Shown here piece by piece: positions 27,591 through 32,805 of a DNA stretch of 32,805 nucleotides (the stretch's first letter is position 1; the number at the start of each line of letters is the position of its first letter). The notes under the pieces are model-generated. The model searched no databases. It was not told the origin of the DNA and saw only the letters and a list, made by a program, of their open reading frames with translations. A program made the position numbers and the translations under genes. The stretch comes from an uncultured Methanomassiliicoccales archaeon. GTDB taxonomy: Archaea; Thermoplasmatota; Thermoplasmata; Methanomassiliicoccales; Methanomethylophilaceae. Where the stretch lies: positions 1 through 32,805 of the forward strand of contig CAYZSQ010000002.1 of the NCBI GenBank assembly GCA_964479785.1, written 5' to 3'.

Positions 27591-28814
27591 TCATGGTTCG
27601 TGATAGTTGATCGCCAGCACGTCGAGGGTCTCGACGCGGCATTGCACCCCCAGCCTCTCCGAGAAGCTCGGCGTGCTCCTTCCGTCGTCGCCGGACACGA
27701 ACTCCTTCACGTAGGTACCCGAATCGGTCTCCAGTTCGAGATCGAACGAGTCCTCGGTTATCGCGTCCGCCTCTACCCAGTGGATCCTCCTCTTCCTCAC
27801 CAGGTCGGCCCTTCTGTGCTCGACACGGCGTGGAGTCCTCTGATCTATACTGGCGTCCTTGAACGATAAGGCAACCTCAATTACTGCCTCTTTATTAACT
27901 TTGCCATCTGCGAGGACGTGCACGCGGTACACCTTGTCGGCGGCCGCCTCCTTGTACCTCTCCACCGCCTCCCGCCTCACGAAGTGCAGGTCCCGGAAGG
28001 CGGCCAGCTCGTTGTCGGACCTGCGCTTGAGCTCGTCCAGGTCGATGTCCCTGACCCTGGGCTGGCTTATCTCCAGCACGAACGGCCTGCCGTCGCCCAG
28101 CATGAGGGCGTCGATGTCCTCGCGGCCCATGCCGTGGAAGAAGTGCTCCGTCCCCCCGGTCATCTCCAGGGCCACATCGCCGATGATCTCCTGCACGGAC
28201 GTCTCGTACATCTTGCCCTTGCCGTGGCAGTGGTCGCACCCCTTCCCGTGGCAGACCCTGCAGGGCCAGACGGTCTGGGGGATCTCCCTGCTGAACTTGT
28301 TGTAGCGTCCCGCGACGAACAGCGGGGCGATGTCCAGGGCCACGTCGGCGAAGCGGGTGTCCACGCAGGCCACCACCTGGGGGTTCTTGAACTCCACCGG
28401 ACGGTGGATCATGGGCATGGCGTGCTTGCCGATCTCCCTGTTCAGCTCCGCCTTGATGGGCTCGGCGCTCTCCAGGCCGTGCTCCTCCCAGATCTCCCTC
28501 TCCCTCCTGACGATCTCCGGCTCCACCCTGGTGCCGATCAGGAAGTTGTCCGACTCCACGGGGTTGATGGCCTCCGCGGCGGCCTCGGCGAACCGGTCCA
28601 GCAGGTCGAAGACGTTCTCGCACAGGGGGCAGAACTCCGCAGCCGGCGCGTCGACCCCCTCCTCGGAGAGCGCCTCCCTGATCATGCGCCCCCTGAGGTC
28701 GTTGGTCATGCCGGTGCCGATCTTGCCGAACATGCGGCCCAGGCAGTGGTCGCACAGGCCGCTCTCCGCCAGGGCCCTGGCCTTGCCCAGGTTCTCGGAT
28801 ATCCACTCCTCCAT
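27591..28814 (-). CDS. pus10: tRNA pseudouridine(54/55) synthase Pus10
   Basis: LCDHCLGR, CPLC, ELNREIGK, GRYNKFSREIPQT.W, FHGMGREDIDALMLGDGRPF, QRTPRRVEHRRADLVR, GTYVKEFVSGDDGRS.PS. Confidence 0.96.
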   Translation of the reverse strand: MEEWISENLGKARALAESGLCDHCLGRMFGKIGTGMTNDLRGRMIREALSEEGVDAPAAEFCPLCENVFDLLDRFAEAAAEAINPVESDNFLIGTRVEPEIVRREREIWEEHGLESAEPIKAELNREIGKHAMPMIHRPVEFKNPQVVACVDTRFADVALDIAPLFVAGRYNKFSREIPQTVWPCRVCHGKGCDHCHGKGKMYETSVQEIIGDVALEMTGGTEHFFHGMGREDIDALMLGDGRPFVLEISQPRVRDIDLDELKRRSDNELAAFRDLHFVRREAVERYKEAAADKVYRVHVLADGKVNKEAVIEVALSFKDASIDQRTPRRVEHRRADLVRKRRIHWVEADAITEDSFDLELETDSGTYVKEFVSGDDGRSTPSFSERLGVQCRVETLDVLAINYHEP

Positions 28815-28823
28815 GGGCGCGCC

Positions 28824-29372
28824 TCACAGGTCGAAGCCCATCTCGGCTATCCTGAGCCTGGGGCGCTGGCTTTCGAGGTAGTGGTACACGGTGGCGTGCT
28901 CGCTCCCCTGGAGGATGAGCTCCACGGCGTGCTTGGCCACAGGGAGGCTGATGGAGTTGCCGATGAGGGCCACGGTGTTTCCGTAGATCACCATGTCGCA
29001 GCCGGTCAGGTCCTCGATGATCCTGCGGGTCTTGCCGTCCTTGCCGATGAGCCTGCCCCTGATCCTGGTGACCTGGTTGGTCCTGTCCCCGACGAACTCC
29101 TTCAGGTCCACGACCTCCAGGTACTCGTCGTCGTCGAACAGCCTCATGGCCTTGTCGGGGTTGAACCCCCTGCCCACGGCCTTGACAACGTCGATGACCT
29201 TCAGCGCCATCACCGGGTCCTCCAGCTCCACGTCGTCGTGGATGATGACCTCGCCCTCCTCCGTGTCGATCTCCAGCTTTATCCCGGAGATGCTCTGGAG
29301 GGCCCTCTTCGTCTCCCCGTTCTTGCCTATTAGCGTGCCGACCCTGTCCGCCGGCACTCTGATGGATCTCAT
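28824..29372 (-). CDS. KH-domain pre-rRNA processing protein Dim2/Pno1
   Basis: RVGTLIGKNGE, AVGRGFNP, RIRGRLIGKDGKTR, GSEHATVY. Follows rio1. Confidence 0.93.
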   Translation of the reverse strand: MRSIRVPADRVGTLIGKNGETKRALQSISGIKLEIDTEEGEVIIHDDVELEDPVMALKVIDVVKAVGRGFNPDKAMRLFDDDEYLEVVDLKEFVGDRTNQVTRIRGRLIGKDGKTRRIIEDLTGCDMVIYGNTVALIGNSISLPVAKHAVELILQGSEHATVYHYLESQRPRLRIAEMGFDL

Positions 29373-30160
29373 TCTTCGTCCTCCTCGTCCTTCCCGCTGA
29401 GGGCCTCCTCGTAGATCACCTCGTCGTCTATGACGTCGGCGCCCCTCTTCCTGAAGAAGGCGTTGATGTTGCGGATGTCCCTCTCAAGCAGCTCCTTGGA
29501 GTTGTAGTGGTCGGCCGTCATGGCCTGCCCCACGTCTATCATGATCGGCTGCCCCTCCCACATGAGTATGTTGTACTCGCTCAGGTCCCCGTGGACCAGG
29601 TGGGCGTCCTGCCAGCCGTCTATTATGAAGGACACGACCTCGTCGTACGTCTCGGTGGGGTCCTCCAGGACCACGTCCCTGAGCTGGGGGGCGGGTCCGC
29701 TTTCGTCGCCGATGTACTCCATCAGCAGGCAGTTCTGGGCGAACGTTATGGGCTCGGGCACAGGGATCCCGGCCTCGCTGTACCTCACCAGGTTCCTGAA
29801 CTCCTTGTTGACCCAGGCGTAGATCATCTTCCACCGGTTGCCGGTGACCCCCCTGAACCTGGGGTCGCCCTCCACGTACTTGGCCACCCTCTTGAATGTG
29901 GAGGTGGAGGTGCGGAAGATCTTCAGGGCCATGCCGTCGCCGTCCTCGTCGGTGGCGTAGAACACGTTGCCCTCCTTGCCCGTGGATATGGGGTAGTGGA
30001 CCTGGTCGACGTACCCCGAGGTCATCATGTCGTAGATCGTGAGGAGGGTCTTCCTGTCGAAGACCTCCGCATCGGTCTGGCGCTCGTCGCCGGTGCGGTT
30101 GGTCTTAAGGGCGTCCACATGCCTCTCGAGGTATGCGTACGCCTCCTCGTAGGAGGACAT
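29369..30160 (-). CDS. rio1: Serine/threonine kinase Rio1
   Basis: ISTGKEGNVF, ALKIFR, WVNKEFRNL, LMEYIG, LVHGDLSEYNIL, IDVGQA. Confidence 0.95.
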   Translation of the reverse strand: MSSYEEAYAYLERHVDALKTNRTGDERQTDAEVFDRKTLLTIYDMMTSGYVDQVHYPISTGKEGNVFYATDEDGDGMALKIFRTSTSTFKRVAKYVEGDPRFRGVTGNRWKMIYAWVNKEFRNLVRYSEAGIPVPEPITFAQNCLLMEYIGDESGPAPQLRDVVLEDPTETYDEVVSFIIDGWQDAHLVHGDLSEYNILMWEGQPIMIDVGQAMTADHYNSKELLERDIRNINAFFRKRGADVIDDEVIYEEALSGKDEEDEE

Positions 30161-30173
30161 GCGGCCCCCTTCT

Positions 30174-30503
30174 TCAGAATATGTCCAGGTTCTTCGGGAC
30201 CTTGCCCCTCTTGCTGAGGTTGACGGCCTGGGTCTTGGTGTACCTGAACCTTATGTCGCATTTGTCCGGCTGGAAGTCCCAGACGGAGATGATCAGGAGG
30301 TCGCCCTCCCTTATCCACATCCTCTTCTTGATCTTCCCGGGGATGCGTCCCACGCGGGAGACGCCGTCCTCGCACATGACCTTGATCTTGGAGGCGCCGA
30401 GCAGCTGGTCCGCTATCCCGAACATCTCCGCTTCCTTGATGTTGGGGAGACGTACGCGTGTGACGTCCTCATCCGGGCTTTCGAGCGGTGCGTTGTCGGC
30501 CAT
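30174..30503 (-). CDS. eif1a: Translation initiation factor aIF-1A
   Basis: RVRLP...LLGASKIKVMCEDG..RVGRIPGKIKKRMWIREGDL...WDFQ..KCDI..RY. GGAGTGA RBS; TTTTTATAT box at about 30538-30546. Confidence 0.96.
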   Translation of the reverse strand: MADNAPLESPDEDVTRVRLPNIKEAEMFGIADQLLGASKIKVMCEDGVSRVGRIPGKIKKRMWIREGDLLIISVWDFQPDKCDIRFRYTKTQAVNLSKRGKVPKNLDIF

Positions 30504-30621
30504 AATTCTCACTCCGATGGGTGCGATTAAGGGGACCATATAAAAAGTGTGCGGAAAACCGGGGCATCCCGCGGTCGACCTCCATAACCGTTATAAACGA
30601 GGTCGCGATGGCTCTGGATGC

Positions 30622-30697
30622 GCTCTGGTAGTGTAGCGGCCAATCATTCGGCCCTTTCGAGGCCGACACTCGGGTTCGAATCCCGACCAGAGCACCA
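30622..30697 (+). tRNA. tRNA-Glu(TTC)
   Basis: GCTCTGG...CGGCC-CTTTCGA-GGCCG...GGTTCGAATCC...CCAGAGC-A-CCA. TTATAAA box at about 30591. Confidence 0.97.
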
Positions 30698-30718
30698 TGC
30701 ACCTTCTCGATCCCGTCG

Positions 30719-31828
30719 TCGCGCGCCCAGCAGCTTCTTCCTGTACTGAGCGCTCCTGGCCGCGACCTCGTCCACGTTCCTCCTGTCCACCACGTAGACC
30801 TCGGGCAGCTTCCTGGGATGGGCGGCCAGCATCCTGTCCACCACGTTCTCGTCGGGGAACTCCGCCTCCTTGATGTACTTCCTGTCCCAGTTGTTGGCCA
30901 GCTCCAGCACCGCCTCGATGCCGCGGCTGTAGAACTGCCCGGCGAACACCGCCCCCACGGTGGCGTCCTTGGACAGGATGGCCACGGTGCTCCCCCGGAC
31001 GGCGAAGTCGGTCCCGTTGAACGCTATGGACACGCCGCCGCTGTCCCTGACCAGGTCCATGGCCTGGAAGTCCGTGTTGTCCCCTCCGATGTACAGGGTG
31101 GCGTCCAGGTCGATGTTGGTCTGGCGCCTGATGTCCAGCAGCTGGTACGCCTTCTTGTGGGACGTCACCGCCGTCACCGACTCCATCAGGCTCATGGCCG
31201 ACAGCTCCGGGATCCTCTCCCGGAGGATGGTGTCCAGGGTCTTGATGATCCTCACGTCGGCCTCGTCCACCTCCATGGGGACGTTCAGCTCGTACTCCAC
31301 CTTCGGGATCCTCAGCGACGAGATCTCCTCGCACATCTCCCGGACCTTCCTGGCCTCGGCCCTGCCGAACTGCACGTGGTCCAGGTCCATCTTGGAGCCC
31401 AGGAAGTCGCACAGGGGGTTCCCCAGGGCGTCGGCCGCCTCCATGGTGCCGTGCTCGTACATCGAGGTGTTGATGAAGGAGGGCATCAGGTTGGTGATGT
31501 ACCGGATGGCCTCGCCGGCCCCGGGCATCAGCCTCATGTCCTCCCTGCCGAATCTGTTGACCAGGTGGTCGGTGGCCCCGTTGGCCTTGAGGAACGGCAC
31601 CACCCACTTCAGGCTGTCCCCGGCGGTGGCCTCCTCCCTGCCCAGCACGTAGGCGGTGAGCTCGTCGTATCTGACGAGCACGTCGTAGAGGTGGGCCCCG
31701 TTGCGGATGAAGCGGGCGCAGAGGTCCCGCACGTAGTTGTTCATGATGAGGAACCCGCGGAGATTGGTCACGAATATCCTGTCGGGGAACAGGCCCATCT
31801 CCTCCACGGGGTCGAACTCTCCGGGCAT
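30719..31828 (-). CDS. COG4030 / EhaR-like HAD-superfamily protein
   Basis: IFVTNLRG, YDELTAYV...AGDSLKWVVPFLKANG, LMPGA, YIGGDNTD, SIAFNG..FAV. Ends at CGA-CGA 30716-30721 (369 aa); the standard code runs into tRNA-Glu (30644). Confidence 0.72.
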
Positions 31829-31832
31829 GGGA

Positions 31833-32654
31833 TCACTCCAGCGACGCGTCGACCTGTTCGGACAGGTCGTACGGGCCGTCCAGGGGGACGTCCCCGGCGT
31901 ACAGTCTCTTGTCCTCGATCCTCACCCTGCCGTCGGCGAAGGCGCCGATGGTGGCCACGATGAGGGGGAGCTCCCGCTTCGCGCCGTCCTCCCTGATCCT
32001 CTTGAAGAGCGGCTCGTCCTGTCCCTCGGACTCCTTCACGGCGTCGAGCCCGGAGGACCCGATCTTCGCCTCCATGTCCCTCCAGAGGCCGTCGTAGTCG
32101 CCGCCCCTGATGGGGAACCCGCAGTAGGTGACGGCCGCCCCCCGGTCCCAGTCCTCGGTGCAGATGTGCATCATGGCGCCCTGCCTGTCGGCCCCCTCGG
32201 AGACGAGCTGCCAGATGACCTCCTGCCAGGTGCCCTTGGGCCCGTCCGGCAGCGCGGGGTGCAGGTTGAGCATGTCGTACCGCCTGCAGGTCTCGTCATC
32301 CATCCAGAGCATGTATCCTGCCAGGATCCCCAGGTCGAAGGGGTACCGGGACGTGAGCCTCCTGAGCTCCTTCCCGTACTCGTCCCTCCAGGCGGTCTGG
32401 TCCTCCTTCCAGAGCTCGGGCATGAACCTCTTCCAGGAGAGGGTGACCAGCGGTATCCCGTAACCCTCCACCATGTCGAAGAACATCCGCCTCTGGTCCC
32501 TCCTCGGGTTGTCCTCCTCGTCGTTGTCCCAGTTGCAGAACACGAATGAGATCTCGACGTCGAGCCCGCCCTGCTCCTTCCTGTCCATGACGGCCTTGAG
32601 CAGATTGCGGGACCCGGGGCCCCGTCCGGTGGAGAACCAGCCTAGCCTGAGCAT
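31833..32654 (-). CDS. purN: Phosphoribosylglycinamide formyltransferase-like (formyltransferase domain)
   Basis: STGRGPGS, ISFVFCN, LAGYML, MLNLHPALP, GAMMH...DWDRG. Confidence 0.78.
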   Translation of the reverse strand: MLRLGWFSTGRGPGSRNLLKAVMDRKEQGGLDVEISFVFCNWDNDEEDNPRRDQRRMFFDMVEGYGIPLVTLSWKRFMPELWKEDQTAWRDEYGKELRRLTSRYPFDLGILAGYMLWMDDETCRRYDMLNLHPALPDGPKGTWQEVIWQLVSEGADRQGAMMHICTEDWDRGAAVTYCGFPIRGGDYDGLWRDMEAKIGSSGLDAVKESEGQDEPLFKRIREDGAKRELPLIVATIGAFADGRVRIEDKRLYAGDVPLDGPYDLSEQVDASLE

Positions 32655-32713
32655 GTCCGACGGAATGATGAATGTCTAATAAATGGTTGCGCGCACCATG
32701 CCCGTCCGCGCGG

Positions 32714-32805
32714 TCAGACGTCGAACAGCACCGTGACCGAGGGGGCGTCACGGTCCACCTGCATCATGTGGTAGGTCACCGCCTTCACCTCCGACCTTAT
32801 CCTGT
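32714..32805 (-). CDS. Archease (C-terminal part, partial)
   Basis: The reverse strand reads RIRSEVKAVTYHMMQV...VTVLFDV-TGA, matching the archease KAVTYH motif and terminal DV. Confidence 0.88.
   Translation of the reverse strand, partial: RIRSEVKAVTYHMMQVDRDAPSVTVLFDV

Noticed and set aside
1-32805. Random pseudogenisation or sequencing noise as the cause of the missing stops
   Set aside because: The affected genes are otherwise intact, and several are essential (kae1, flpA, polB). The same codon is involved every time, and the conserved Trp/Cys/Met positions I looked at show no T-to-C damage. A systematic artefact is unlikely but can only be excluded with raw reads.
1-32805. CRISPR array, rRNA, prophage, pyrrolysine (in-frame TAG) genes
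   Set aside because: No repeat-spacer periodicity, rRNA-like sequence, phage genes or TAG-interrupted homologous ORFs were seen.

Overview
High-GC archaeal chromosomal segment. Gene content (aIF1A-Rio1-Dim2-Pus10-eL21-RpoF-DUF655-KsgA cluster, uS15-DHH, Kae1, fibrillarin, eL15, PolB, a corrinoid/methyltransferase fusion) is most consistent with a Methanomassiliicoccales (Methanomethylophilaceae-like) methanogen; the taxonomy is inference. I call 38 CDSs (2 truncated by the window edges) and 3 tRNAs (Val-GAC, Leu-CAG, Glu-TTC). Main discovery: the codon CGA behaves as a STOP codon. A manual check of the Arg codons found no in-frame CGA inside any called gene. In 10 genes the first in-frame CGA falls at or very near the expected C-terminus (kae1, NUDIX, fibrillarin, JAB/MPN, nitroreductase, transposase-like, MFS, DUF2284, polB, COG4030). 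Reading it as stop removes implausible run-ons into convergent genes, a tRNA and a TATA box. It also yields classic coupling geometries (CGATG, ATGnnCGA) and tandem stops (CGA-TGA, CGA-CGA). Under this reading every gene ends in TGA (28) or CGA (10), and none in TAA or TAG. CDS ends below use the CGA stop, with standard-code ends given in the evidence. Secondary points: a corrinoid-methyltransferase fusion/MFS/DUF2284 module next to a catalytically degenerate transposase-derived gene, several apparent pseudo-enzymes, a gene that appears to start at ACG, an eL15 leader-like RNA, and a probable MarR operator.
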